Translations under genes and position numbers: made by a program
Shown here: piece after piece, positions 1-11,848 of the stretch
How positions within the stretch are numbered: the first letter of the stretch is position 1
Layout of the letters: each line of letters begins with the position of its first letter
Notes under the pieces: generated by a model
What the model was told of the DNA's origin: nothing
What the model saw: the letters and a program-made list of their open reading frames with translations, nothing else
Databases searched by the model: none
Assembly (NCBI RefSeq): GCF_018977255.1
Contig: NW_024704743.1
Coordinates: 18,416,001 to 18,480,000, forward strand
Length of the DNA: 64,000 nucleotides
Direction: 5' to 3'
Origin: Callorhinchus milii
Lineage: Eukaryota

Positions 1-400
1 AGCCCGGGGGGGGGGGAGCCGGGGGGGGGGAGAGCCCGGGGTGGGGGGGGAGCCTGGGGGGGGATGGGGGAGTGCCGAGGGGGGGGATGGGGGAGAGCCG
101 GGGGGGGGGGGGAGAGCCCGGGGTGGGGGGGGGGGGGAGAGCCCGGGGTGGGGGGGGGGGGGAGAGCCCGGGGTGGGGGGGGGGGGGGGGGAGAGCCCGG
201 GGGGGGGGGGGGGGGGGAGAGCCCGGGGGGGGGGGGAGAGCCCGGGGTGGGGGGGGGGGGAGCCCGGGGTGGGGGGGGGGGGAGAGCCCGGGTGGGGGGG
301 GGGGAGAGCCCGGGGGGGGGGGGAGAGCCCGGGGTGGGGGGGATGGGGGGAGAGCCGGTGTGGGTGGGGGAGAGAGAGCCTGGGGGTGGGGGGGGTAATG
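1..400. repeat. G-rich tandem repeat (GAGAGCCCGGGGT + G-run) in TRDMT1 intron 1
   Basis: The unit recurs many times with variable G-run lengths. Confidence 0.9.
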
Positions 401-639
401 CTGGAGTGTAACCAGGTTAAGCCCACACGGTGTGTGAGTGACATGATGGCCGGGCTGGGCCGGGTTGCCCCGGGGCTGGGCCGGGGCCGGGCAGGGCTGG
501 GCTGGGCCGCCCCGGGGCTGGGCCGGGTTGCCCCGGGGCCGGGCTGAGTTGCCCCGGGGCCGGGCAGGGCTTTGGTTGGAGGGTTATCAGGGGCTGAGCG
601 GGAGGATTCCCGGCCTCTCGCCTCTCGGCCCCACGTTAC

Positions 640-742
640 CTCTGAGCGCCCAGTGCATCCCCCCGATACCGCTGTACAGCTCCAGCACCCGCGGCCCCGG
701 CCCCGGCCTCGGCCTCGGCTCCCCCCGAGCGGCGGCCTCCAT
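640..742 (-). CDS. TRDMT1: TRDMT1/DNMT2 (tRNA-Asp C38 methyltransferase), coding exon 1; the rest of the gene lies left of the window
   Basis: Minus strand reads MEAAARGEPRPRPGPGPRVLELYSGIGGMHWALR followed by the phase-1 donor G|GTAAC. It matches DNMT2 motif I (human MEPLRVLELYSGVGGMHHALR, from memory). It sits in a CpG island and is not in the ORF track. Confidence 0.92.
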
Positions 743-751
743 CTGCGGCTC

Positions 752-882
752 CGGCTGTGCCCGAGCGGCGGGACCCGGGTCTCGGCTGTGCCCGAGCGGC
801 GGGGCCCGGGTCTCGGCTGTGCCCGAGCGGCGGGGCCCGGGTCTCGGCTGTGCCCGAGCGGCGGGGCCCGGGTCTCGGCTGT
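752..882. repeat. 31-bp GC-rich minisatellite, about 4.2 copies, just 5' of the TRDMT1 ATG
   Basis: GGCTGT recurs at 753, 784, 815, 846 and 877; unit GTCTCGGCTGTGCCCGAGCGGCGGGGCCCGG. Confidence 0.92.
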
Positions 883-964
883 TTCTCGGGGCCTCAGTCC
901 CGCCACCTCCGGCAGCCGCGACCTCCCGTCACACCTCGTCACTGACCCAGTCACGTCATCACAC

Positions 965-1515
965 CTTATATACACCCTATAGCTGTACACCCTATAGATA
1001 TACACCTCATACATATGCATTCTATGGGTATACACCTTGTAGATATACATCCTATATAGGTCTTGTGGGTGTAAAGCCCATAGATATACCCCCTATAGGT
1101 ATGTACCCTGTAGATACACACCCTATAGATATGTGTCCTGTACATATAGGTCCTGTGGGTGTAGCGTCTATACATATACACCCCATAGATGCACATCCTA
1201 TAGATATACACCCTGTACACATACGCTCCATAGATATACACCCTATAGATATACACCCTATGCACATACGCTCCATAGATATACACCCTATAGATGTACG
1301 CCGTATAGATATGTCGTCTATGCAGATATACGCTACAGATATACACCCTATATGGATATACACCATATAGATATACACATTATAGAGCCATATAAATATA
1401 CGCTGAATAGATATACATCCTACAGATATACACACTATAGATATACACCATATGGATACACACACTACATATTTGCACACCATATGGATATACATACTGT
1501 AGATATACACACCAT
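965..1515. repeat. Degenerate 15-bp AT-rich minisatellite (TAGATATACACCCTA); a more decayed continuation lies at about 2150-2640
   Basis: Visible 15-nt periodicity; it generates the spurious IDIHP-type ORFs. Confidence 0.85.
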
Positions 1516-1729
1516 ATACAACAACAACAACAAAATTACATTTATAGAGCACCTTTCACGTCGGGAGGATGTCCCAAAGCGCTGAACAGTCAGGTGTCGG
1601 GGCCCGAGCATGGGGGAGGGGTGGTGTAGGTCTTGATACCGGCCTTGAAGGAGGCAAGGGATATACTCAGATCCATATAGATATTATACACACTTGTGCA
1701 CCATATAGATATATACAGACCCATGCACC

Positions 1730-2087
1730 ATATAATAATCCTAGCATTTGATATAGCGTCTTATCACATCGTTGAGACGTCTCAAAGCGCTTCACAGAAT
1801 ATACTGTAAAGTGGAGTGACTATATTTTGTGGGCAAAACGCAGCAGCCAATTGCACACAGCAGTGTCCCACAAGCAGTCGTGGATTGAGTGACCACATTT
1901 TTTNGAAGGGATGGACTATTACCACCAGAAAGTGATCCACCAATCGACTAACAAGCGAGTTCCTACTTACTGCAAAGTAAACGCGTGTGTGTGGAGTAAA
2001 GAAACTTACTTAAGGTTTTGCCCTGTCCTGCCTGGGTATCGAACCCGGGTCCTTGCTAACCAGTGCTCTAACCACTATGCTGCAGGG
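1730..2087 (-). mobile_element. tRNA-derived SINE, older subfamily
   Basis: Shares the tRNA-like head, central core and L2-like tail with the other copies. Confidence 0.75.
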
Positions 2088-3235
2088 GTTATCACTGACC
2101 TTGGGTGATCCTGTGGTGTGGTGGGGGCTGAGCCTGGGGTTAGGGGGTAGTATATCTATACATCCATAAATATAGATATTACTACAAACCAATATACCAT
2201 ACAGATATTATACATAGACCCATATATCATTTAGATAATATACATAAACCCATATCCCTCATAGGTATATATTATACATAGATCCATACACCATGTTGAT
2301 ATATATAGACCCTTACATCAGATAATATTATACATAAACTATGGAGATATATACACAATATAGATATGTTATGCATAAACCTATACACATCATACATACT
2401 ATACATAAATAAACCAACCATATAGACATATTATACATATAACAACAACTTGTATTTATATAGCACCCTTCACACCTGATGGCATCTCGGAGCGCTTTGC
2501 TATGGTATAGTATATACTGGTATACTATATATTTTTCATGAACCTATATACTGTTTGCTCTCTATACACTATAGATACAGACTATGTGTTTACTCTACAT
2601 GCATTACATACATTATAACATACATATACTTTATACACATTGTCAAAAAAAAATCATTTTCTTTAATTGAGACAAGTTAGCATGGGGATACTACTTTTCA
2701 AAGGGGAAATCATGGTACCGGTTTGAATGGCACAGCAAACACCAATAAACACCTTGGCTTCAACATCCTCACAAACAAGACACCGATCTGCCCAATCAGA
2801 CCACCATTATCATCTCTCACCGAAACTCTGATGAATATGCTCCTGGCCCCAGGTGCTATGCCCCCGCAATCTAAACTAATCCTTATCAATGTCCTGTCTT
2901 TATTGTGTCTTTCACACAATGATGGAGATGGAGTCTAAGAGAGGAGAGTTCTCAAAACAAGGGAGAGTAGGAAAAACAAGACAGTGGGGAAAACAAGTGA
3001 GACTGGGGAAAACAAGGAGATAAGCAGATTGGAGGGAGGATTGCTTGGTGAATCTCCTCTGGGAACTGAGAGAGGATCCAGATCTTTCAATGCGTTGAAT
3101 CTAAGATCGAGTGTAGTATCTGTTCTTATCACTTATTCCTTGGGTTGTACAGTTCCTGGCAGTGAGCTCAGCCTTTGAGGTCTTGGATCGGTGTAGCCAC
3201 CATTCGTTCTGAGCCTCCCCCTGATTTATTCAACA

Positions 3236-4215
3236 GCAACAACAACTTGAATTTATATAGCGCCCTTCATGCAGGATAGCGTTCCAGAGTGCTTCACAGT
3301 GGCGGAGTCTGACACCGAGCCAGGGGGAGAGGAAGTGAGAGGTGACCGTAAGCACAATCAAAAAGGAAGGTCTTTAGATGAAATTTGAAAGTGGGGAGAG
3401 AAAGGACAAGGTGGTGTTTTGAATCAATTGTCTTTTGTGTATGGTGGAGCTGGGGAGACCAGCGAGAAGGGCATTGGAATAGTCCAGCCAGGAAGTGACA
3501 AAGGCGTGGACGAGGGTTTCGGCTGTTTTGGTTGTGAGATAAGGACGGAAGCAAGTAATGTGACAGGTGGAAAAAAGGGAACGGATGTGGGGTAGAAAGG
3601 AAAGCTGGGGATGGAAACCTGATCAACTCTAGGTTGCGCACGGGCTCGGTGAGTATGAAGGAGAGCCCGGGCAGGTCGAGGAGTTCAGACCCGCAGGAGT
3701 GAAGATGTTCATGGGAGCCAAAGAGTATGGCTTCCATCTTGCCAACATTCAGCTGCAGGAAATTTGTGCTCGTCCAGGTCTTGACGTCCGTCAAACAAGC
3801 TAACAAGACATCAGTGGACGGAGTCACAGCTGGAGGAAGAGATGTAGATTTGGGGGCCATCCCCATTCATGTGGAAGTTGACATTGCCGAGAGGGAGCAT
3901 GTAGATGAGGAAAAGAATGGGGTCAAGAATGAAGCCGGGGTGCTCCACAAGTGGTACCCAAACGAGGAAAAAACATTTGCCAAGATGTATTGTTGATGGT
4001 TTATTAAGTAGGACTCGAATCATGCGAGCGTGGTCCCACTAAGGTGGTTGAGGGAGTAGAGGCGGTAGAGGAGAGTTGGCATGAGCGACTGTGTCGAATG
4101 CGTGGAGAGGTCTTTGGAAAATGAGGAGGCAGAGGGAGCCTTGATCACAGAGAGAATGTCATTTGTTACTTTGATGAACGCTGTCTCTGTGCTGTGGGCA
4201 GGGCGAAAATCTGCC
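3236..4215 (-). mobile_element. L2 LINE 3' fragment, decayed
   Basis: Minus-strand remnants [28 protein letters not shown] and FKFHLKTFLF, ending in a (GTT)n tail. Confidence 0.85.
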
Positions 4216-4600
4216 CACAACACAGAGAAAAACAATTCATGGGATACAGAGACACCTTAGAGCAGAATTGCCAGCCCTCGACCCCTTTTAGCTAGGATTG
4301 GGATTGCAGGGACCTCATTCTGAGGTGTATGATCCACCTTCACAAGGAGGAGTGGAGAAACTGGTAGATGGATCTACCCTGACCCCAGGCTCAGATTGAG
4401 CTTGCCGAGATCGGAGAGGTGATATGGCCACTTGAATTGTTTGAGTTGTCGTGAGCAAGGAATTGGGCTCCTGTCGCCATTTGATGATTTGGGACCCACA
4501 AACTGCCGTTCCCATTTGTGGGTCCCAAATATTAAAAGAGTTGAAGTAACATCACCTCTACCTGTAAAGGTCATTCGTTCTCGTTCACATTATTATATCA

Positions 4601-4870
4601 AACAACAACAAGATTTCATTTATAGAGCGCCTTTCACGTCGGGAGGACGTCCCAAGGCGCTGGACAGTTGGGTCGGGACCCGAGCAGGGGGGAAATGGTC
4701 AGGGTGAGGGGAGGGAAGGGAGGGAGGGAGCGAGGAGGGGGTAGAGAGTCGAGAGGGGAGCTGAAGGCACGGTTGAAGAGAAACGTCTTGAGACCGGCCT
4801 TGAAGGAGGAAAGGGAGGAAGCAAGGCGAAGGCACTGGGGGATGGAGTTTCAGAGCCTAGGGGCTGAGAG
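4601..4870 (-). mobile_element. Short L2 3'-end fragment; related copies at 14976-15148 and 42837-43350
   Basis: L2 terminal stem-loop GGGACGTCCTCCCGACGTGAAAGGCGC followed by a (GTT)n tail. Confidence 0.8.
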
Positions 4871-4924
4871 GCTGATAATAATAAAATAATCCTTATGTGA
4901 AAGGAGGACATATCAATGTAAATT

Positions 4925-5288
4925 GGAGTCCAATAGCATAATGGTTAACACATTCACCTCACTAGTGAGAGGTCCCAGGTTCAATTCCTGGGCAGGGTGA
5001 AACCTTAGGCAAGTTTTCTTACTCCACAAGCCTCGGTTTACCTAGTAGCAAAAAGGAATCCGGTTATTAGTCAATATTCATATCGCTTTCTGAAGTTAAT
5101 AATCCTTCGCCCCCAAAAAATTTAGTTACTCAATCCACGATTGTTTGTGGGATACTATTGTGTGCAGTTGTCTGCCATGTTTCACAAAATACACAGTCAA
5201 TCCACTTTACAATATATTCTGTGAAGCGCTTTGAGACGTCTGAATGGCATGATAAGGCGCTATATCAAATGCAAGGATTATTATTATT
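4925..5288 (+). mobile_element. tRNA-derived SINE, older subfamily
   Basis: GGAGTCC head with A/B boxes and an (ATT)n tail. Confidence 0.8.
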
Positions 5289-5823
5289 AAATCGGTATTG
5301 TATATCCTTTACATGTCCTATTTATAATATCTACACAACCCATATCCGATTGATTACACACAGGGCTCTAACTCTCAACGCAGGCGCACTTGGAATCTTG
5401 ACTCGCCACGTGGTGATATAAGCCAGGGGCCCTGGAGGAGAGGAAAGCTGCCACCACTGCTGCCAAGATGATGATGAGTACGTTAGCAATCCGCCACTTG
5501 AGATTGCCACAGAGTATTGACTTGTTTCTGACATTCTGACACTCCAAGGATATCACCTTGGAGTCAGGTCAGCTTTAAAGTACCTCTTGCACACACACAC
5601 CCCCACCTTCCCGGGAAGAATTAGAGCAAAATACTAATGATGATGAATAAGGCAAGCAGACAAAGTCACTGAAAAAATGGGAAAAAAGGAAAACAAAACA
5701 TGAAAGTTTCCAAGGAACAGGAAGAAAAATAGAACAACAAGGGGCAATATTGTGGAAGAAATTGAGTAATGGATTGAAAATAGAAAACAAAGTGTTCTTC
5801 TGTTCATTGTATAACAAACAATA

Positions 5824-6148
5824 AATAATAATAATAATAATAATCCTTGCATTTGATATAGCGCTTTTCACGGCTTCTAGACGTCCCAAAGCGCTTCACA
5901 GAATATACTGTAAAGTGAATTGACTGTATATTTGTGGGCAAACACGGCAGCCAATTGCGCACAGCAATGTCCCACAAACAGTCGTAGATTGAAGATGACC
6001 AATTTATTATTGTTTTATTTTTTTGGAGGGATTATTATTAGGCGTGTGGAGTAAGGAAACTTGCCCAAGGTTTCGCCCTCTGCCTGGAATTGAACTCAGG
6101 TCTCTCACTTGCAAAGCGAGTGCTCTAACCACTGAGCTACAGGACTCC
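5824..6148 (-). mobile_element. Full-length tRNA-derived SINE with Deu-like core and L2-derived tail
   Basis: Highly similar to the copies at 29446-29766 and 38489-38826. Confidence 0.9.
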
Positions 6149-6774
6149 ATAAAATGATATGACTCTTCAAAGTTGGACAACTGAGAGAATGGAAGAAGAA
6201 CAAAAGTTGGAAAATTAATCTAAAAGGGGAAGGAACTGAGTAAGAAGGGAAGGAACTGAGAAAGGGAACTATTTTTCATCATATAGTCTCAAAGGTACTT
6301 TATCTTTGCTCTTAATAGACACTTGGAATCATAATATGGAATGTGGTGTTCAAGCACTGCATAATGTACTGCAACATTACAATATGCCTATAAGTCAGCA
6401 ATTATGGGTAAAAGATCAAAAATCAAAAATAAGTAAAATACTTTTTGTATGTATATCTTGATGCTACCTTGTGTGAAGGGCGCTATGTAAATGCATGTTG
6501 TTGTTATCAAGACTTCTCAAAGCACTTCACAGGATATACTGTAATGTGGGGAATATATACATTTTGAATTATTTTAATGTGTTAAAGGCTTGTCTTCTGT
6601 CTATGAAATTATCCGACCACTTGTAGGAACTTAATATTAGCAGAAGTTGCAGTTATGCAATATATAACGGGCACTGCATTTCACCACTTAATAAAATGTG
6701 ATACTCAAGATATTGACAAAAGCCTTGCGTTTAACCTACAAGTGATTGCCTGAACCAACTAGCAGTGACAGTTG

Positions 6775-6908
6775 CAATAATAATAATAATCCTTGCATTT
6801 GATATAGCACCTCAGCAGGTCTTCAAGACATCTCAAAGTGCTTTACAGGATATACTGTAAAGTGAATTGGCTGTTTATTTTGTGGGTGAAACACAGCAGC
6901 CAATTGCA
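6775..6908 (-). mobile_element. SINE 3' fragment about 85 bp upstream of the copy A TATA box
   Basis: (TAA)n-TCCTTGCATTTGATATAGC tail and part of the core. Confidence 0.8.
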
Positions 6909-6920
6909 TCACTCTCAGCG

Positions 6921-7003
6921 ATTGGTTGAGTTACTTGCCATCCTAGTCACAGAGGTTCTTGCTTCATAATATATGGTGGTTAGGAGTTTTGCTATAAATA
7001 TCA
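6921..7003 (+). promoter_or_regulatory. Core promoter of copy A: inverted CCAAT (ATTGG 6921) and TATA box (TATAAATA 6993-7000)
   Basis: The TATA box is about 110 nt upstream of ATG 7109; CTATAAATATCA is identical in the copy B promoter. Confidence 0.75.
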
Positions 7004-7108
7004 AACAGTTGGTGGGTCACCACTGCCTTGGTCTTCTGCTGCTGAGCTAACACATGCGCTCCAGACGAATTGTTACAAGAAAGAAGCAATCACCAAAAAG
7101 ATTACAAA

Positions 7109-7620
7109 ATGACTTATTCTGAGGGCAGTGTGAATTCCCGAAGGATACCTATGCGAGTAAGACTAAGCACAGGATCACCTGGCTCAAACTCGACCCCGAC
7201 TCTTTTATTTCAGAGAAGCAGCATCCAGAAGTCCATCAGAACCAATTCTCCAATTGCTCGGTATAGCAGTGCTTCCCTTGGGAGCAAACGCAGTGATATT
7301 GACATGGCAGACTTCTCCTTGGTGGACGGTTTCAGCAGCGAGTACAAAGCCACTCGCACCAATGAGAAAGAAGAGATGACAAAGTTGAACAACCGTTTTG
7401 CCAACTTCATCGATAAGGTGAGGTTACTGGAACAGCAGAACAAGATCCTTAGTGCTGAGCTGGAGCAATGGAAGGGGAAAGGGTCATCCAAGATTGGAGA
7501 TCTTTATGAACAGGAGCTGAGAGATGTACGTCACCATCTGGACCAGACCATCAAGGAGAAAGCCAAGGTTCAGTTGGAAAGAGAGAACCTGATTGATGAT
7601 TTGAAGAAGCTCAGGAGCAG
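7109..7620 (+). CDS. Copy A exon 1 (head, coil 1A, start of coil 1B)
   Basis: MTYSEGS...[32 protein letters not shown]...; phase-2 donor at 7621. Confidence 0.92.
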
Positions 7621-10600
7621 GTATTTTTATTTTCACTCTCTATATTTATTCCATTCTCACTCTATACCTATATTCCATTCTTTACCTATATTTAAAAAGG
7701 GAAAAAGAACAAGCCCAGGGAATTATAGACCCGTCAGCTTCACATCGGTGATAGGAAAGATAATGGAATCCTTACTGAAGGAGGTAATAGAAAAACATCT
7801 AGAAACGGAAAACATAATAAAGAACAGTCAGCACGGATTTCAAAAAGGAAGGTCATGGTTGACCAACCTCATTGAATTCTTTGAGGGGTAACAGAAAGAG
7901 TAGACAAGGGTAATGCGGTAGATGTAATATATTTAGATTTCCAAAAGGCATTCGATAAGGTACCACATAATAGACTAATGAATAAGGTCAGAGCATGTGG
8001 AGTCAGGGGAAAATAGCAGAATGGCTAGCAAGCTGGCTGCAAAACAGAAAGCAGAGAGTAGGGGTACAGGGTAGCTACTCAGACTGGCAGGGGGTGGGCA
8101 GTGGTGTTCCACAAGAATCGTATTGGGACCACTGTGTTCACAATATACATAAATGATTTGAATTCGGGAATCAGCAGTACAATTTCAAAATTTGCAGATG
8201 ACACCAAATTGGGGGGAGTAGTTAATAAAGAGGAGGCCTGCCACAAATTACAGCAATACGTTAATAAACTTGCTCAATGGGCATTTAAATGGCAAATGCA
8301 TTTCAATGTAGAAAAGTGTGAAGTGGTACATTTTGGTAGAAGGAATAAGGAAGTCACGTACATCCTGGAAAATAAAAACCTAAATGGGGTAGAGGAACAA
8401 AGGGACCTAGGGTTACACATACACAATTCACTAAAAGTAGCAATGCAGGTTAATAAGGTCATAAAAAAGAAAAACAGTTATTGGGGTTCATTTCTAGAGT
8501 GATAGAAATGAAAAGCAGGGAAATTATGGTAAATTTCTACAGAACCTTGGTTAGACCACACTTAGAATACTGTGTGCAGTTCTGGTCCCCACATTAAAGA
8601 AGGAATGTAGAGGCACTGGAGAGGGTGCAAAGGGGATTCACAAGGATGATCCCAGAACTGAGAGGTTATACCTATCAGGAAAGGCTGAACATACTTGCAT
8701 TATTTTCTCTTGAAAAGAGGAGGGTAAGGGGTGACCTGATAGAGGTCTTTAAAATCATGAAAGGTTTTGGTAGGATAGACATAGGGAAGATGTTTCCACT
8801 TGTGGGAGAGACCAAAACCAGAGGCCATGAATATAAAATAGTCACAAATAGATTAAATAGGGAACTTAGAAGAAATTTCTTCATACAGAGAGTAGTGGGA
8901 ATGTGGAACATGCTACCACAAGGAGTTGTTGAGGCAAATAGCATAGATATATTTAAGGCAAAACTAGATAGGTACATAGGGAGAAAGGAATAGAAGGTTA
9001 TGTTTGAAGGCTTAGTTGAGGAAGGGCAGGAGGAGGCTCATCTGGAGCATAAGCACTGGCATAGACCAGTTGGGCCGAATGGCCTGTTTCTTTGCTATAT
9101 ATTCTAATGTATTTGATGAGGATTGTTATTCATCACCTGTTACTGATAAAAAAAACCTTTGTGAGTAGACTTCTCTTGCCAGTGTTTCAAAAGTCGAAGA
9201 AATAATATTTTTTTCAGCAGATCAGCTAAAACTTCCACCTCAATGCAGAAAGAGAGATCTTGAAAACTGACATTAGACCCATGCTGGGTCACATTTTATT
9301 TGACCTTCTCAACTTGATTCCCCACATTGTAATTTCTCCAATGCAGCTTTATCAAGTGCTCTGAGACATCCGCCTGACACGAAAGGTGCTTTAAAAATAT
9401 AAATTGCATTGAATTGCATTGACATGCAAATATGGAAACAGACAGAATAATGATATGAATTTTGACAGCCTTTCATTTTTAATGCACGGTGATATGAATT
9501 AGCTTTCTATAGTGACATTACTGATATCCTGGTAAGCCTTATATTTTACTAAGTATGAATTGATAAAAACAATTTAGCATGCTTATTTTATTTTTTAAAT
9601 TTTACCAGTGTAACATTCAATGTAACAATAAAATTCTTTGAAATGACCTGGATCAACAACAACAAATTACATTTATATAGACCCAAGGTGCCGGACAGTC
9701 AAGGGTTTGCATCTGAACTGGGGGTTGGAATCAACAGGGGTGGGGGCCAAGGGGAATGGAGGCTGGAGGATAACTGAAGGCACAATCAAAGATCAAAGTA
9801 GAACTAAATCTCCATTTTTGGGGGGCCGTCAGTCGGATTTCTGACACAAACGGAAACCCATCACCATGCTTAAGAGTATCCAAACCAAACTGAGATTTCC
9901 ATGAGTCCCACCTACACATGGAAATTCCAGATATAGATTGTTGGAATCCCTCCCCTGGAGGAATGGATTGCCTCCAGGAACTGCTGCGACTAGCATGGCA
10001 TGTAACTCAACCTAATTCTGGAAAGTATTAGGCACAACTTGGCAAAAGCCAAGGCTTGGGGTCCCCAGAATCTGCATTGGGTTACTGCTGGAGTATAACC
10101 AGCTTGCCATTGATATTGCACTGTCTGGCAAGCTTTCCCACTGCTTGTCCAGCTAGAATCACCCTATCTGTTAGGGCTCTGGCTTGTAAGGTTAACAGGA
10201 GCTGATTGGGATGACTCCCTGCTCCCAATGACTGGTTTGCCCTTTCAGGTCCTGCCGATGAGCCAGGCTGACTGTGCATTCATCAGCAGTGCCCTGGACT
10301 ACTGCGGATCCACCGAGCTCAGGAACTGGATTACCAAAACCACCACAGAGGGCTGACTCGGCTCTGACATTCCATTGCCAAGCATGTCACCCTGGAGACA
10401 GTTCAGCTCCAAGGAAACCCCGCTTACCTCCCTCCATGGAGGATGCTGCCTCCAGAGACACAATGGAGTCCCTGATAAACAAGACCTGGAACTTTTACTG
10501 CTTCGAGTTTGAACTGTACGGGTGGCTCCTGTACAGGTGTTGAGGGAGGCAAGGGAGGAGGAAAGACAGAGGGACTGTGGGATGTAGTTCCAGAGATTGG

Positions 10601-11795
10601 GGGCAGAGAGGCTGAAGGCCCGCCCGCCAATGGTGGGGTGGGTAAGACAGGGGGACGTAAAGCAGGCTGGAGCCCACTGAATAGAGGGAGCGGGCAGGTT
10701 AGTATGGGGTAAGGAGGTCACAGATGTAGGGAGGAGCAAGATCATGGAGGGCTTTGAAGATGAGGACCATGATCTTGAACTATATCGTCTGAGTGTGCAG
10801 AGCCAGTGAAGCCAGTCGAGGATGGAAGTGATAGCCAGTGAAGCCCAGAGTTGCGGAGTCTGGTGTGGGAGAGAACATGGGTTGCAGAGTTCTAGATGAT
10901 CTGCAGCCTGTGGAGGGAGGAGTTGGGGAGGCCGACAAGCAGGGAGTTTGCATAGTCAAACCTGGATGGATGACGAAGTGGCGGAGCTGGGCAATATTGC
11001 GGCGGTGGAGAAAGGTGGAGTGGGTCATGACACGGATGTGGAGGATGAAGGACAGTTGAGAGTCGGACAGGACACCGAGGTTTTGTATTTGCTCTGTGAG
11101 GTGTAGAGTGATTCCATGAAGGTAGATGCTGTCAGTGCCTGAGTTATGGAGGTGCTGACGGGATACAAGCAGGAGGACCTCGGTCTTGTTGACATTTTAC
11201 TGGAGAAAGTTAGCTCTTATCCAGGACTTGATGTCTGACAGGCAGTCTGTGAGGACAGCAGTGATCCTGGAGTCGAGGGTGGAGGCAAAGAGGTAGAGTT
11301 GGGTGTCATCCGCATACATGTGGACGGTGACCCCATGTCTATGGATGATGTCACCAAGATGGCGCATGTAGATGTTAAAAAGGAAGGGACCAAACACAGA
11401 GCCCTGAGGGATGCCACACATGATGGCACGGGGGCTGGAGGAGAAGCCATTAGTGGAAACAAAGTGGAGATGGTAGGAGAGGTAGGAATTGAACCAGGCA
11501 AGGGCAGGTCCGTGGAGGTTGAGCTGAGAGGAGAGGTGGTGGAGGAGGATCAACTGGTCGACAGTGTTTAAGACAGTAGAGAGGTCGAAGAGGACAAGGA
11601 GGCAGAGAGAACCCAGGTTGCAGATGGACAGAATGTCAAAAGTGACTTTTACCGGGGCTGTTTTGTGCTGCCGACAGGGAAGGATTCATAGCGGGAATGG
11701 TGGGAGAGGAAAGAGCGAAGCAGGGTTGAGACAACTCGTTCCAGAGCCTTGGAGAGGAAAGGGAGGTTGGAGATGTGGCGATAGCAGGAGTAGTG

Positions 11796-11848
<53 letters not shown>

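Larger units (their letters stand above)
440..960. promoter_or_regulatory. CpG island / promoter of TRDMT1, with an ATF/CREB-like GTCACGTCAT near 950-959
   Basis: Very GC- and CpG-rich sequence around the first exon; composition switches abruptly to AT-rich at about 965. Confidence 0.7.

Noticed and set aside
752..1515. Regular repeats that could be mistaken for a CRISPR array
   Set aside because: They are head-to-tail units without unique spacers, there are no cas genes, and the context is a vertebrate genome.
41..1585. Long Gly-rich, Pro/Arg-rich and IDIHP/YRYTP ORFs
   Set aside because: They are translations of G-run, 31-bp and 15-bp tandem repeats; the only credible coding sequence here is the minus-strand TRDMT1 exon.
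7070..7891. 273-aa ORF as a genuine IF-reverse transcriptase fusion gene
   Set aside because: A canonical phase-2 donor at 7621 matches exon 2, and the CR1 part is a frameshifted insertion. The real start is more likely ATG 7109 than the TTG at 7070.
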